DNA of 64,000 bases from Armatimonadota bacterium (GCA_013178155.1 JABLXH010000018.1:2702-66701), one strand, 5' to 3'. Counted from the stretch's first letter, positions 46,466 through 56,052 are shown. The notes: generated from the letters alone by a model not told the origin. Numbers and translations are program-made.

Positions 46466-46507
46466 GCCTCTCCAATCTGTGCGAAGAGACACGAGGGGAG
46501 TTGTCAC
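46466..46507. repeat. phage-block intergenic repeat, degenerate copy R0
   Basis: gcctctccaatctgtgcgaagagacacgaggggagttgtcacc. The stop codon of the 46504..47190 gene lies in 'gtTCAcc'. Confidence 0.7.
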
Positions 46508-47190
46508 CCGCTCCACAACTCTGACCGCTTTGCCAGCACCCCGATTCGTGCCACGCGCAGCCCCGGCACCTTCGACCCCAGCTCCTCTGCCACTCGACTC
46601 TGCAACTCCACCTCGACCACCTGAGCGTGCCAGCAGGTCTCGCTCAGGTAGGGGTCAGCCATCACCAGGTTGAACAGGTCAGCCACCTTGGCGCCCAGCA
46701 CTTCCTCCGCACTCTCGCCCTCGCCCCCCTGACGCAGGTAGTAGACGTCCATCAGGTACTCCTGCTGGTACATGCGATTGCTGCCGGTGTTGGCCGGCTG
46801 GTTCATACGCACCGGGCACACCACCGCAGCCGGCAACTGCAGCGAGTGGGGCAGAGGCATCAGCCACGGCTGCCCACTGGCTACCCAACGCAACTCGGCT
46901 CCCGCCCCCTCAGCTAGCTGCAGCACCGCGCCCTGCACGGGCCCGAAGCTGCCCTCTACCTCCGTCCACAGCCGCACCTCCGTACTGCTGATCCGCTCCG
47001 CCACCTCATGCTGCTCAACCTGCCCCCCGTTATCCACCAGCCGAACTGCCGTCCCCGGCGCAAACAGCCGGGTGCTTCTGACTCGGACCCGATCCGACCC
47101 GTCAGTCGCTGCCGTCAGCTCCGAAGCCCCCTGCACGGCCATACGCAGCGCCTGCACAATCTCATTCTGATGGTACATGTCCACTCCCAT
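46504..47190 (-). CDS. phage head-tail joining/tail-terminator-like protein (228 aa)
   Basis: Positional call. Its stop codon is embedded in an intergenic repeat copy. Confidence 0.5.
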   Translation of the reverse strand: MGVDMYHQNEIVQALRMAVQGASELTAATDGSDRVRVRSTRLFAPGTAVRLVDNGGQVEQHEVAERISSTEVRLWTEVEGSFGPVQGAVLQLAEGAGAELRWVASGQPWLMPLPHSLQLPAAVVCPVRMNQPANTGSNRMYQQEYLMDVYYLRQGGEGESAEEVLGAKVADLFNLVMADPYLSETCWHAQVVEVELQSRVAEELGSKVPGLRVARIGVLAKRSELWSG

Positions 47191-47245
47191 GGAGCCACCT
47201 GCCCTTCCGCGCCATCACACCATCCCCTGCCATCGCCTTCTCCCT

Positions 47246-47288
47246 CCCCCTCTCCGCTGTGTGGCGGGGGAGCCAGGGGGTGAGAACC
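47246..47288. repeat. phage-block intergenic repeat, degenerate copy R1
   Basis: cccctctccgctgtgtggcgggggagccagggggtgagaacc lies between the 47292..47837 and 46504..47190 genes. Confidence 0.7.
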
Positions 47289-47291
47289 CTC

Positions 47292-47837
47292 CTACCACAG
47301 CCGCCGCACCACAACCCGACGGTGATGCCCCAGACCCGCTTCGTCCTCCACGCCCAGCACCTCATAGCGCTGTCGCAGCGCTACCGGGCTTCCCTCTGCA
47401 TGCGCCACCTCCACAGGTCGCTCCAGCAGGAACCCTTCTCCTGACCATTCCGCCACCCGCCGCACCTCGCGACCGGCGCCCTCGCCAATCTCGATCTCAT
47501 CTCCTGCCAACAGGCTGAGAGCCCCGGAGACCTGGATGACCTGATCCGCCACCTCCAGCGGCTCGGCCAGCACGCCTTGCGCAGCCCGTCTCACCACCAG
47601 GTCGCCCACCGCCACCTCCGGAACGACCCCGGCCAGGTACACCACGTGGCTGCTTTCGGGGTACAACCCCAGCAACCCCGACCGCGCCGTCGCCCCCGCC
47701 GGCTGCACCAGGCCCTTGACGCTGGCCACCAGGACATACTCCGGGTTGGCCACTCCCAGCTCCGGCCCACTGGCAACCGTCGCCCGCTCGATGCCGAGAT
47801 CATGCTCCAGCAACGCCGCCAACGCCACATCCACCAT
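47292..47837 (-). CDS. phage head-tail adaptor/head-closure-like protein (181 aa)
   Basis: Positional call. Confidence 0.5.
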   Translation of the reverse strand: MVDVALAALLEHDLGIERATVASGPELGVANPEYVLVASVKGLVQPAGATARSGLLGLYPESSHVVYLAGVVPEVAVGDLVVRRAAQGVLAEPLEVADQVIQVSGALSLLAGDEIEIGEGAGREVRRVAEWSGEGFLLERPVEVAHAEGSPVALRQRYEVLGVEDEAGLGHHRRVVVRRLW

Positions 47838-47857
47838 CGCTCACCCCTCGCTCTCCC

Positions 47858-48511
47858 CTAGACCGCTCTCAGGCGCATGACTCGGTAGCTCGCCAAAGCC
47901 TCCTTGGCCTCGCTGCACAGCCGGCATACCGCCGTGGCATACCGACCGTCTCGTCCGTAAGTCACCGCGTAGTCGCCGATCCGGGTGGCGGTAACCTCGC
48001 CCGCCTCGCCTCCTGCCGCGCCCAGGATCTCCGCAGCAGTCAGTTTGGCCTGGGCTATCCGGACCGCCTCTGGTACCGCCTCAAAGCCCCAGCTCACCAC
48101 CACCCCCACATTCAGGACCCCCGCCGCAAAGACCCGCAGCCGAGCCTTGCTCGTCAGCCGCAACATCCCCAGTTGCGGATAGGCCGCCCACTCCTCCTCG
48201 GCCAACTCCTCCTCACCCACCGTCACCGTGTGGACCAACGCCGGCGGCCGCACTCCAGCCTCACCCAGCATCAACCGTTCTGTGCCGCTGCCGTCCAGCC
48301 ATACCTCTTCACGCTCATGCCACATGAAGTCTCTTCCCGCATACCGCTCCACTGCCTCGCGGCTGGCCGCCAGCAGCCCACTGATCCGGTCCCGCAACGC
48401 CTCTGGCCCCAGTTCGTCACTCAGGTCGTAGCCCGCCAGCAACTGCTCTACCTCGGTGACGCTGCAGTAAGAGGTCGTGCGCCCGGTCGTGAACACACCC
48501 TCCGCTACCAT
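47858..48511 (-). CDS. phage gp6-like head-tail connector protein
   Basis: N-terminal 'VTEVEQLLAGYDLSDELGPEALRDRISGLLAASREAVERYAGRDF' matches the conserved N-terminal helix pair of gp6-like connectors. Confidence 0.55.
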   Translation of the reverse strand: MVAEGVFTTGRTTSYCSVTEVEQLLAGYDLSDELGPEALRDRISGLLAASREAVERYAGRDFMWHEREEVWLDGSGTERLMLGEAGVRPPALVHTVTVGEEELAEEEWAAYPQLGMLRLTSKARLRVFAAGVLNVGVVVSWGFEAVPEAVRIAQAKLTAAEILGAAGGEAGEVTATRIGDYAVTYGRDGRYATAVCRLCSEAKEALASYRVMRLRAV

Positions 48512-51500
48512 GTCTCAGACCACACTCCCTCCGAGTTCCGCACCCGCACCTTCCAGAAGTAAGTCGTGTCATCGGACAGCTCCGGTCCCCCAAACTCGAC
48601 CTCTGTCTCCGGGCTTGCCACCACACCGCTGTCCCAGATGTCCCCGGTGTTGGCTGCCAGCAGCTCAGCACTGGACGCCACCAGCACCTGGTACGCCGTC
48701 TGGGGCTTGCCCTGCGGATCGGAGTACCTCCACGAGAGCGCCGGTGTCAGGTCCGTTATGCCCGTGGGATTGATCTGACCCTCCACCCGCAGCTCCGTCG
48801 CCGTTGGCGCTCCCACAGCGTCCCGACCCGCCGCGTACCACGCATAGAGACTGGGCGAAACGTCGGTCGCCAGCGGCCGCTGCAGCACAAAGCGCAACCG
48901 CACCTCCTCCGCGGTCACGTGGTTGAGTGACACCCCGCCCCACGACACCACCTGCTCCACGCCCGGCCCCAGCACGTCACAGTCCTCGGCCCCAAATCCC
49001 GCCAGCGGCTCCTCCGTGCGCGGGTCAATCACCTCCACCCGCACGCTCCCCGCCCCTGGTTCGCAGTTCACCAGCAATCGGGACCAACCGCTGCTCGGCC
49101 TCTGCAGTACCGGCGTCTCCAGGAACCCGGTTACCGCCCCCGCCGCCAGCTCGTAGTACGTCTCCCGGTCACGCCCAATGTGCGCCATATTCAGACCGGT
49201 GCCGGCGTAGTAGTACAGAACCAGCTTGTCCCCCAGCAGAAACGAAGTCCGCACCGGCCCCCCGGCCAGGAACTCTTCATCCACCGGCTGGAAGTGCCGG
49301 TCATCCTCCGTCGCCCAGAGCCTGAGGTAGCTCCCAAAGGACAACACGTACAGCGTCGTGAAGTCGTCCGACACGGGCCGCGGGTGTAGCTCGTACAGAT
49401 CCGCCGCTGCCAGAGGGCTCAGCAGATTGCCGTGCGGCAGCAGGAAGAAGCTCCTGAGGTCTCCGCTCGTCCACCCGGCGAGCGGGCGCCGGTTGTAGCT
49501 GAGGTAGTCCCCCGACATCAGCATCGTCTTGAACCGACTGTAGCCCACAAAACGACGCTCTGGTCTCGAAGCATAGGGATTGTGCGCCACCATCCAGTCC
49601 GCGTCCCGGTTGCCCCACAGGCAGATGCTGCCACCGTCCGCCGACAGCTTCTCCGTGCCGCCCATGCCCGGCAGCAACGGGTTCTCCGTCCACCAGTGTT
49701 TCTCCCAGTCAAAGCTCCAGCGGTCCTGCGCGCCCACCAGCGCCCTGATCCAGTAGTGATCCGGATTTGCCTCCGTCCCCCCCTGCAGCATCGTCCAGGA
49801 CCCATCCGGCATCCCCAGCACCGTCGCGATCCCCGGGCTCTCCAGACCCCAGGTCGCGTCCCGGGTGCTCCATGGTCGCACGTCCTCCGGACTCAGGAAG
49901 GGATTCTGCCGTCCTGCGGGAGGGGTCTCGTCAGCCCACGACACCCGTGACCGGGTCGCATCCCAGGTTCCGACCAGATAGCCCCCTCGCCACACGCCTC
50001 CGGGGTCCGTGCCTCCCACCAGCACCGTCACCCGGTCCAGAAGCTCCTGGGGCTGCACGACCGAGTGCAACTCCGCCGTGTGCCGCCAAGTCCCCGCCGC
50101 CCGCAGGTCCGCCTCCACACCCGCAGGATCCGGGTCAACGACCGGCTTGGCCGATCTCCAGACCACACCCTCCTGGCGCCACACCCGGCTACTCTGACCA
50201 GTGTCCACGTCTCGCACCAGGAAACTGTCCCCCAGCTCGAAACCCCGCCCCAGCGCGGAGTCCTCGGGAGCCATTGTCTGGTACCCGCCGGGCCCCTCGA
50301 TGGTCAGGCTCTCCAGCCGGATATCGCATTGATAGCTCGCCGGCACCGGGTGGCTGATGCTTCGCCCAAACATCATGTACCGCCCAAGCGGGTCACTCCG
50401 GTAGTTTGTCAGCGTCATCAGCGCCGACCGACCACGCTCATACCGCACCAGCGTAGTGCTCTTGTCCGCGCTATAGACACACTCCAGCTCCAGCCACGGA
50501 CGATCGGTGCTGTAAGACTCCCACAACCACGCCTCCAGATTCTGCTGCTCATTCAGGGGCGTCGCCGATGCGAGCAGGCGCCCCCGGTGATCCACAACTC
50601 CCTTGTCGCCGGCCGCTGGCACTCCCGCCAACGCCCCGCTCACAGTGATCACGCCGGTCGCCGCCGTGTAGCCCGTCACCTTCAGCCGACACCCCGCCTG
50701 CGCCCCCGTCCGCATCGTCAGCTCTGCGCCAACCCAGTAGCCATCCCCACGGTTTGGCAGGTTCGTCTTGAACCGGGACGCCGTGTTCCCCGCATCGGCC
50801 ACCACCGCGAACAGCTCTCCGGTACCCCAGGTCCCGAAGTTGTTCCCGAGTTGGCCTCCAGCCACGTAGCACAGGGGACCCAGCGTGATCTGCGTCCCCA
50901 CCGGGTTCGTCTCCGCCGGGCAGTTCACGCGCATCCGAATCGTCGCCGGACACGCCATGTGAAACGGGTTGATCCATTCCCGCAGCCACCCTACGCCTTG
51001 CCCCGTGCTGCTGCCTCCATATAGCTGACTGACTTGCACCTGGCCGTAACGGGCGTGGTTGGTCAGCGTCGTGTAGGCGCTCGCCCCCGCATGCGTAATG
51101 GGGGTCAGCACCGCCTGCAGCGGAACGCGGTCATCGGGCGTGTTGTCATGCCGAGGCATGCCGATATTGAAATGGTGTCTGACGCCTCGCGCCCGTGACC
51201 CATCGTCCAGCCGGCAGAACTCATCCCAATCCGCACTGCCAACCTCCCAGTACGCCGTGGCGTCGCCACCAGCTATCTCCGCATCGTAGCTGCCGTCGAA
51301 GGTCGCCAACAGGGTCAGTTGCCCCGTGCCATCGCTCTCCCGGATCAGTCGTCGGCGCCGGTTCTGCCTCGTGGCCCACGAGTTGGCGCCCCCCAGGATC
51401 GCGTCATGCTGCGCCTTCGTCATCACGCCGTCCCAGACTGCGAAGTTGTCGTAGCACCCGTTCACCGCTTCCGCCGTCTCCGTGGCTCCCGGGCCCAGGT

Positions 51501-51912
51501 ACAGCTTCGCCGCCTCCACCACGGGTGCCGAAGCGTTGTTTACCTGCGCCGGCGCCTCAACCCCATTCACATACACTCGCAACTGCCCGGCCCCTGGCGT
51601 CGTGAAATCCCACGTACAGGTCACCGGCATCCAGTGGTTCCTGTCGCGCCACGGGTAGTTGGGCCAGCTAACCCACCACGAAGTGCCGCCTGACCGACAC
51701 TCGAAACCCAGCGAATCTGCCCCGAACACACCGAAGCGCAGATAGTTGTTGCTGTCGCCCACGGCCTTCCATAGCGGACGCCACGACGGATAGTCCGGGG
51801 AGGCATGGAACCAGAAGAACACCGTCCCCTGGCTGCCCGGTCCGATCCTGATGTTGCCCGGACCCGAGTAATAGAACCCCGGCTTGCCCACATACAGAAA
51901 CTGCTTCCTCAT
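48505..51912 (-). CDS. giant phage protein (1136 aa) with N-terminal LamG/concanavalin-like jelly-roll and C-terminal fibronectin-III-like domains, encoded between capsid and connector genes
   Basis: The ORF-track N-terminus 'MERGEGRE...' is a translation of the intergenic repeat. The real ATG at 51910-51912 ('MRKQFLYVGKPGFYY') has GGAGG 6 nt upstream. LamG-like region 'WRPLWKAVGDSNNYLRFGVF...LRVYVNGVEA'. C-terminal FN3-like 'PTGITDLTPALSWRYSDPQG...YFWKVRVRNSEGVWSETW'. Confidence 0.65.
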   Translation of the reverse strand: MRKQFLYVGKPGFYYSGPGNIRIGPGSQGTVFFWFHASPDYPSWRPLWKAVGDSNNYLRFGVFGADSLGFECRSGGTSWWVSWPNYPWRDRNHWMPVTCTWDFTTPGAGQLRVYVNGVEAPAQVNNASAPVVEAAKLYLGPGATETAEAVNGCYDNFAVWDGVMTKAQHDAILGGANSWATRQNRRRRLIRESDGTGQLTLLATFDGSYDAEIAGGDATAYWEVGSADWDEFCRLDDGSRARGVRHHFNIGMPRHDNTPDDRVPLQAVLTPITHAGASAYTTLTNHARYGQVQVSQLYGGSSTGQGVGWLREWINPFHMACPATIRMRVNCPAETNPVGTQITLGPLCYVAGGQLGNNFGTWGTGELFAVVADAGNTASRFKTNLPNRGDGYWVGAELTMRTGAQAGCRLKVTGYTAATGVITVSGALAGVPAAGDKGVVDHRGRLLASATPLNEQQNLEAWLWESYSTDRPWLELECVYSADKSTTLVRYERGRSALMTLTNYRSDPLGRYMMFGRSISHPVPASYQCDIRLESLTIEGPGGYQTMAPEDSALGRGFELGDSFLVRDVDTGQSSRVWRQEGVVWRSAKPVVDPDPAGVEADLRAAGTWRHTAELHSVVQPQELLDRVTVLVGGTDPGGVWRGGYLVGTWDATRSRVSWADETPPAGRQNPFLSPEDVRPWSTRDATWGLESPGIATVLGMPDGSWTMLQGGTEANPDHYWIRALVGAQDRWSFDWEKHWWTENPLLPGMGGTEKLSADGGSICLWGNRDADWMVAHNPYASRPERRFVGYSRFKTMLMSGDYLSYNRRPLAGWTSGDLRSFFLLPHGNLLSPLAAADLYELHPRPVSDDFTTLYVLSFGSYLRLWATEDDRHFQPVDEEFLAGGPVRTSFLLGDKLVLYYYAGTGLNMAHIGRDRETYYELAAGAVTGFLETPVLQRPSSGWSRLLVNCEPGAGSVRVEVIDPRTEEPLAGFGAEDCDVLGPGVEQVVSWGGVSLNHVTAEEVRLRFVLQRPLATDVSPSLYAWYAAGRDAVGAPTATELRVEGQINPTGITDLTPALSWRYSDPQGKPQTAYQVLVASSAELLAANTGDIWDSGVVASPETEVEFGGPELSDDTTYFWKVRVRNSEGVWSETW

Positions 51913-52067
51913 CCCAACCTCCCCATCAGTACTCGTCCTGCCACCCCAGACGGTCAGGGCGGCGAGCCTCCACCTCCGCCCGCCGCCCGTCACCTCTACA
52001 GACAGCGCCGCATGTCCCACCGCCTTCGGTAGGAGCGGCCACGAGACTGCGATGCCCTCCCGCCCCT

Positions 52068-52107
52068 CCCCCCTCTCCACCCTGTGGAGAGGTGCCGGGG
52101 GTGAGGT
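52068..52107. repeat. phage-block intergenic palindromic repeat, copy R2
   Basis: cccctctccaccctgtggagaggtgccgggggtgaggt lies 5 nt after the capsid stop. Confidence 0.85.
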
Positions 52108-52112
52108 GCCGT

Positions 52113-53051
52113 CTAGCTCTTCGCCACGTTCACGGCCACCACCATCGCATCCGGGTTCTCGATGGCCACCGCCACCCGAGTCGTGATCGCATACACATTC
52201 ACGCCCCGCAGGATGTCCTTGTCCTTGTCAATGCGGATCTCCCGATGGATACCAAACACCAGGTTCTCACGCGGCGTCAGAAACCCGTAGCTCAGGTTCG
52301 TCCCCACGTGACCAAGGATCCCGCTGAGGTTGGTCGGAATGACCGGCACCGACACCACGGGCACCCCCATGTACGGCGGCACCTCACCACCAAGCAATGC
52401 CTTGTCCCCCAGCGACGTGCCCCGGTCGGCAAAGGTGTCATGCCAATCCTGCGCTGCCGCCGGCGCAAAGTAGAACCGCAGGTCCTTGTAGTTGCGCTTG
52501 TACTTGTCCGGCAGCGCCCGGAACATCGCCCCAAGGCCCGACTTGTCCAGCGTTGCCCCCTCCAGGTCCACCACGTGCCCGTCATCCGCCAGCACCCGCC
52601 AGCCGTCCAGCCCCGACAGGAACGGATCAGCGGAGTTCGTGTCACCGTGCACCGCCAGCTCCTCCAGGTCCGTGGCCGTCTGCTTGGCCATCACCCGCAC
52701 CACCGTGCTCTCCAGACCATCGCCCTCGATGCTGTCCTCCAGCGCCTCAAAGGTGATCTCAAACGGGGTGATGACGTCCGTCGCCCGTAGTATCACCTTC
52801 CCGAACGCTGGCTCGCTCAACGTGGCCGGAGCCACTCCCTCATTCTTGAGTTGGCTCACACGCCCCGTGGTCGCGATAGTGTCCAGCTCGGTCACCGCCG
52901 AGCGCATCCGCACCACGCGCACTTCCTTCAGCATTACCGACTGGTCCACTACCAGGTCCGTGAACCGTTTGGCCTGCTCAGTCCCCAGCAACCCACCGTC
53001 CGCCAGATCCGTCGTGTCCACGGCCTTCTGCAGCATCTCGTCTACTGTCAC
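52113..53051 (-). CDS. HK97-fold major capsid protein
   Basis: 312 aa with the Phage_capsid pattern ('...TLSEPAFGKVILRATDVITPFEITFEALEDS...VMAKQTATDLEELAVHGD...'). Confidence 0.82.
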   Translation of the reverse strand: MTVDEMLQKAVDTTDLADGGLLGTEQAKRFTDLVVDQSVMLKEVRVVRMRSAVTELDTIATTGRVSQLKNEGVAPATLSEPAFGKVILRATDVITPFEITFEALEDSIEGDGLESTVVRVMAKQTATDLEELAVHGDTNSADPFLSGLDGWRVLADDGHVVDLEGATLDKSGLGAMFRALPDKYKRNYKDLRFYFAPAAAQDWHDTFADRGTSLGDKALLGGEVPPYMGVPVVSVPVIPTNLSGILGHVGTNLSYGFLTPRENLVFGIHREIRIDKDKDILRGVNVYAITTRVAVAIENPDAMVVAVNVAKS

Positions 53052-53492
53052 TCACAGCACCCCTTCCCAGATCTCGTCTGCCGTCAGTAGTCGCGCCCGC
53101 TGGCCGCGCAGCCCCTGCGGGACCCCTGGACGCGTTACCTCCTCTGCCGTCCGGTCAGCCTCGGCCGCCCTGCTCTTGGTCAGAGCGTCCGTATCCGGGT
53201 TCTCCCTCCACTCGCTGACCGCCTCGACCAACTGCGCCTCGCTACCACCTTGCCCCACGCCATACGCCGCCTCCACCGCCGCCACGCGCTCACTCAGCTG
53301 TCTGACCTGTTCTGCCAGTCCTGCCAGTCCGTCACCACCGCACCCCCCGCCGCAACCGCCCTCATCCACGTTGTTCGCCAGGGCCGGCTGACCCAGACTC
53401 GCCTCGTAGCCTCCCTCACTATCCCGCGGCCCGGCCACCGGGCGGCGAGACCTCCTCATCCACCACCAGAGCGCCCTCAGCCAGCCGCGCAT
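53052..53492 (-). CDS. phage scaffold/decoration-like acidic Gly-rich protein
   Basis: It lies between the protease and capsid genes. ATG at 53492 (GAGGTGG RBS) overlaps the protease end by 16 nt. An alternative ATG is at 53459. Confidence 0.45.
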   Translation of the reverse strand: MRGWLRALWWWMRRSRRPVAGPRDSEGGYEASLGQPALANNVDEGGCGGGCGGDGLAGLAEQVRQLSERVAAVEAAYGVGQGGSEAQLVEAVSEWRENPDTDALTKSRAAEADRTAEEVTRPGVPQGLRGQRARLLTADEIWEGVL

Positions 53493-54007
53493 CCGCTTCC
53501 CACCTCGCCCTGCCCCCTCTCCCGCTCCGTCCTCGCCGCCGACACCAGGGTCTCCACCCACGTCTCCGGGTTCTGTGCCTCACTGCTGTGGCAGACCGCC
53601 ACATGGTCCAGCTCCGCCATCTCCACCTTGCGCACCCGCCGCCCCGTCCGGACGTCCATCTCGTATGTCACCTCGCGGACGCGCCCTCCCACGCTCAGCC
53701 TGCGACCCCGCAGGCGCACCAGCCCGCGCTTCAGCCGACCCTCGACCCGCAGCTTGCCATCCTCCACCCAGCAACGCTCCACGACCCCGATCGCTCGGCC
53801 GCCGTGGCGCTCAAGCAGTGGCACCGGCTGCGCCGCCGCCAGGCTTTCCAGAGCTGCCTCTGTCATGCAGTCGCCCTGACGGTCCACTGCGGTCGTCGCG
53901 GCGACCCCCTGAAACCGCACTGCCGTGCGATTACCCCGCCCAGCTCTCAGCAGCACCGCAAAGCCCATGCGGCCTCCGCTGCCCTCACTCACTCCCCGTC
54001 TGGCCAA
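53477..54007 (-). CDS. HK97-family prohead protease (Peptidase S78)
   Basis: 'FQGVAATTAVDRQGDCMTEAALESL...VPLLERHGG.AIGVVERCWVEDGKLRVEGRL' fits the S78 pattern with the catalytic His. Confidence 0.72.
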   Translation of the reverse strand: MARRGVSEGSGGRMGFAVLLRAGRGNRTAVRFQGVAATTAVDRQGDCMTEAALESLAAAQPVPLLERHGGRAIGVVERCWVEDGKLRVEGRLKRGLVRLRGRRLSVGGRVREVTYEMDVRTGRRVRKVEMAELDHVAVCHSSEAQNPETWVETLVSAARTERERGQGEVGSGCAAG

Positions 54008-54186
54008 CCCTCACTCCCCTCCCCGAAACAGCAAGCGGCCCACTCTCCCGAGTGAGCCGCAATGATCAACGTTCATCCTCGCCTTGTCTGCCCGACGTGC
54101 CGCCGCAGTGGCCCGACGTGATTCACCAACCTCAATCTCTCACTCGCCCTCTGCACCCGGTGGTGAGGGGGCCAGGAAGTGAGGCC

Positions 54187-55398
54187 CTATCCCAGCGGCG
54201 CCAACCCCATCTTGCCCCGAATCTCGTCTACCGTCAGCGCCCCAATGCCTGCGTATACCGCGGCCACCTCGGCCTCTTCCTTCGCCTCCGACAGATCGAG
54301 TTCGTTGAACCGAAATGCCCAGTCGCCAATCCCCAACTGTTCCGCAATCAGCCGGTTGAACCGGTACTCCACCCGCCGCTGCTCGGGCCGCACCACTTGC
54401 TCCCGGAACGTCTTGTCCTGGTCTTTGCTGTTGGCCAGGTTGGCGTTCTCAATAACCGTCACCTTGCTCGGCGGCACGCGATGAACCAGCAGCACCTCGT
54501 CTCGATTCGCCCGCCGGTAGTCCAGGAACGCCGCGTCCTCCTGACCCCCCGCTGTCAGTTTCTCCAGACGCACCCGCGTCTCTCGCCCCGGCACCTCGAG
54601 CACCAGCGTCTTGTGCCCCTGCCCCTTCACCTCGCTTTGCATGAAGTGGCGCAGTTGCTCCAGAACCTCCTCTGACAACTGACCACCCTCCACGATGATC
54701 GCCATCCGGGGCACCGCGTTATGGGTGAAAAAGTCCACGTTGTACTCTCGGGCCGCCTTGTCCCCCAGTACCGCCGATACCGCGGGCACAATGTCTGGCA
54801 CTCCATAGTAGCTGGACATCGGCGTGTACTTCATGAAGTGCAGCATCTCGTTTTGCACCAGCCCGCTCTCCGGGTCAATCTCCTCCGGTCCACCAACCAT
54901 CCGGAACCGCCGCCGCTGACCCTCGCGTTCCTGGACGAACCCCTTCCGGTCCGCGCGCACGCGCACAGTTGTCGCCGGCACATGGTACATCCCGTCCAGT
55001 TGGCCCCGGCTGTTGCGCGTCAATTCCATATACCCGTTGCCAACGCACTCCACGTCCGTCCACACCGCTCGCATGACCTCCGTGAAGGTCATGTCTGGAT
55101 TGCAGGTGGCAAAGAGATGCTCCAGCACTGCCAGGTTCTCCGCCGAAGCCTCTCGCTCATCCCCGACAGGCACGAAGCGGTATCCCAGACCCACGATGTT
55201 GGTAGCCTTGGCATCAACGCACGCCTTGTGGGCCGCATTGGTCTCATACAGCGAGGCCAGCGCCTCCAGATCATACGGCGGCTGCACAACCTCTCCGGTT
55301 GCGTAAGCTTCACTCCACACCGCCTCTGGTAGCTGCTGACTACGCCCACCGACCGTCTCACCGACCACCCTCGCCTTAATCAGCTCATCAATCGCCAT
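54187..55398 (-). CDS. phage portal protein (HK97 family)
   Basis: Portal pattern 'NIVGLGYRFVPV...VECVGNGYMEL...'. The ORF-track N-terminal 64 aa derive from the intergenic repeat. ATG at 55396-55398 has GGAGG 8 nt upstream. Confidence 0.82.
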   Translation of the reverse strand: MAIDELIKARVVGETVGGRSQQLPEAVWSEAYATGEVVQPPYDLEALASLYETNAAHKACVDAKATNIVGLGYRFVPVGDEREASAENLAVLEHLFATCNPDMTFTEVMRAVWTDVECVGNGYMELTRNSRGQLDGMYHVPATTVRVRADRKGFVQEREGQRRRFRMVGGPEEIDPESGLVQNEMLHFMKYTPMSSYYGVPDIVPAVSAVLGDKAAREYNVDFFTHNAVPRMAIIVEGGQLSEEVLEQLRHFMQSEVKGQGHKTLVLEVPGRETRVRLEKLTAGGQEDAAFLDYRRANRDEVLLVHRVPPSKVTVIENANLANSKDQDKTFREQVVRPEQRRVEYRFNRLIAEQLGIGDWAFRFNELDLSEAKEEAEVAAVYAGIGALTVDEIRGKMGLAPLG

Positions 55399-55526
55399 GC
55401 CTCCAACCTCCGCTACGTTGCCCATCACTCGCCCGGCCCGCCGGCCACCGACCCCGTCCGCCCTCGCCTCCCGCCTCTTGCCGTCTGGAGAGGCCGGACC
55501 TGTCCGGCCTGCCGTCACACCTTTCT

Positions 55527-55560
55527 CCCCTCTCCACTGTGTGGAGAGGGGCCGGGTGTG
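55527..55560. repeat. phage-block intergenic palindromic repeat, copy R3a
   Basis: cccctctccactgtgtggagaggggccgggtgtg. Confidence 0.85.
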
Positions 55561-55577
55561 CGCCTTGCCCTTGCCGT

Positions 55578-55620
55578 CCCCCCTCTCCACTCTGCGGAAA
55601 GAGAACCAGGGGTGAGGTCA
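55578..55620. repeat. phage-block intergenic repeat, degenerate copy R3b (contains stop codon of upstream BNR gene)
   Basis: cccccctctccactctgcggaaagagaaccaggggtgaggtca. The TGA of the 55618..56052 gene lies in 'gtgaggTCA'. Confidence 0.8.
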
Positions 55621-56052
55621 CACCTCACTCTCCTTCACCCACGTCTCACCATCATCCACACTCACGTACACATCGATCGCCGGCGCCCTCTGGACAGCGA
55701 CCACCAGCGGTCGCCCTTGGGTGTCCACCTTGACCAGCCCCGCCCGTGCCTCATCCGCTGGCGACGCCACCAGCCGCTCCTCGCTCCCGTCGGCAAACCT
55801 TAGCCACGTCTGACACCCATCGGCACTCTTCCGCAGATACTGCCCGCCGCCGCGATACCCTACCACGTACCAGATCCCCCCATACTCCACCATCACCGGA
55901 TGGCTCAGCCCTGTCACCTCACCCACCTCGCTCCCCTCCCCGCCGTCGCCGTACGCCACGCACCATAGGCCATCGCCGTTGCCCTCTTGTTTTTCTCTTA
56001 TGCGCCTGATATGCGCCTGACCCAAACTCCCGGAGCGATGAGGCTCCGTCAT
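55618..56052 (-). CDS. small BNR (bacterial neuraminidase) repeat-containing protein within phage head module
   Basis: Two S-x-D-x-G-x-T-W motifs, 'SADGCQTW' and 'VDDGETW'. It lies between the terminase and portal genes. Confidence 0.5.
   Translation of the reverse strand: MTEPHRSGSLGQAHIRRIREKQEGNGDGLWCVAYGDGGEGSEVGEVTGLSHPVMVEYGGIWYVVGYRGGGQYLRKSADGCQTWLRFADGSEERLVASPADEARAGLVKVDTQGRPLVVAVQRAPAIDVYVSVDDGETWVKESEV

Noticed and set aside
51913-52080. ORF-track N-terminal extensions 'MERGEGREGIAVSW...' (giant gene) and 'MERGDGKGKAHTRPLSTQWRGE...' (portal, 55399..55590)
   Set aside because: These peptides are translations of the conserved intergenic palindromic repeat. Downstream in-frame ATGs with GGAGG RBSs give sensible N-termini.
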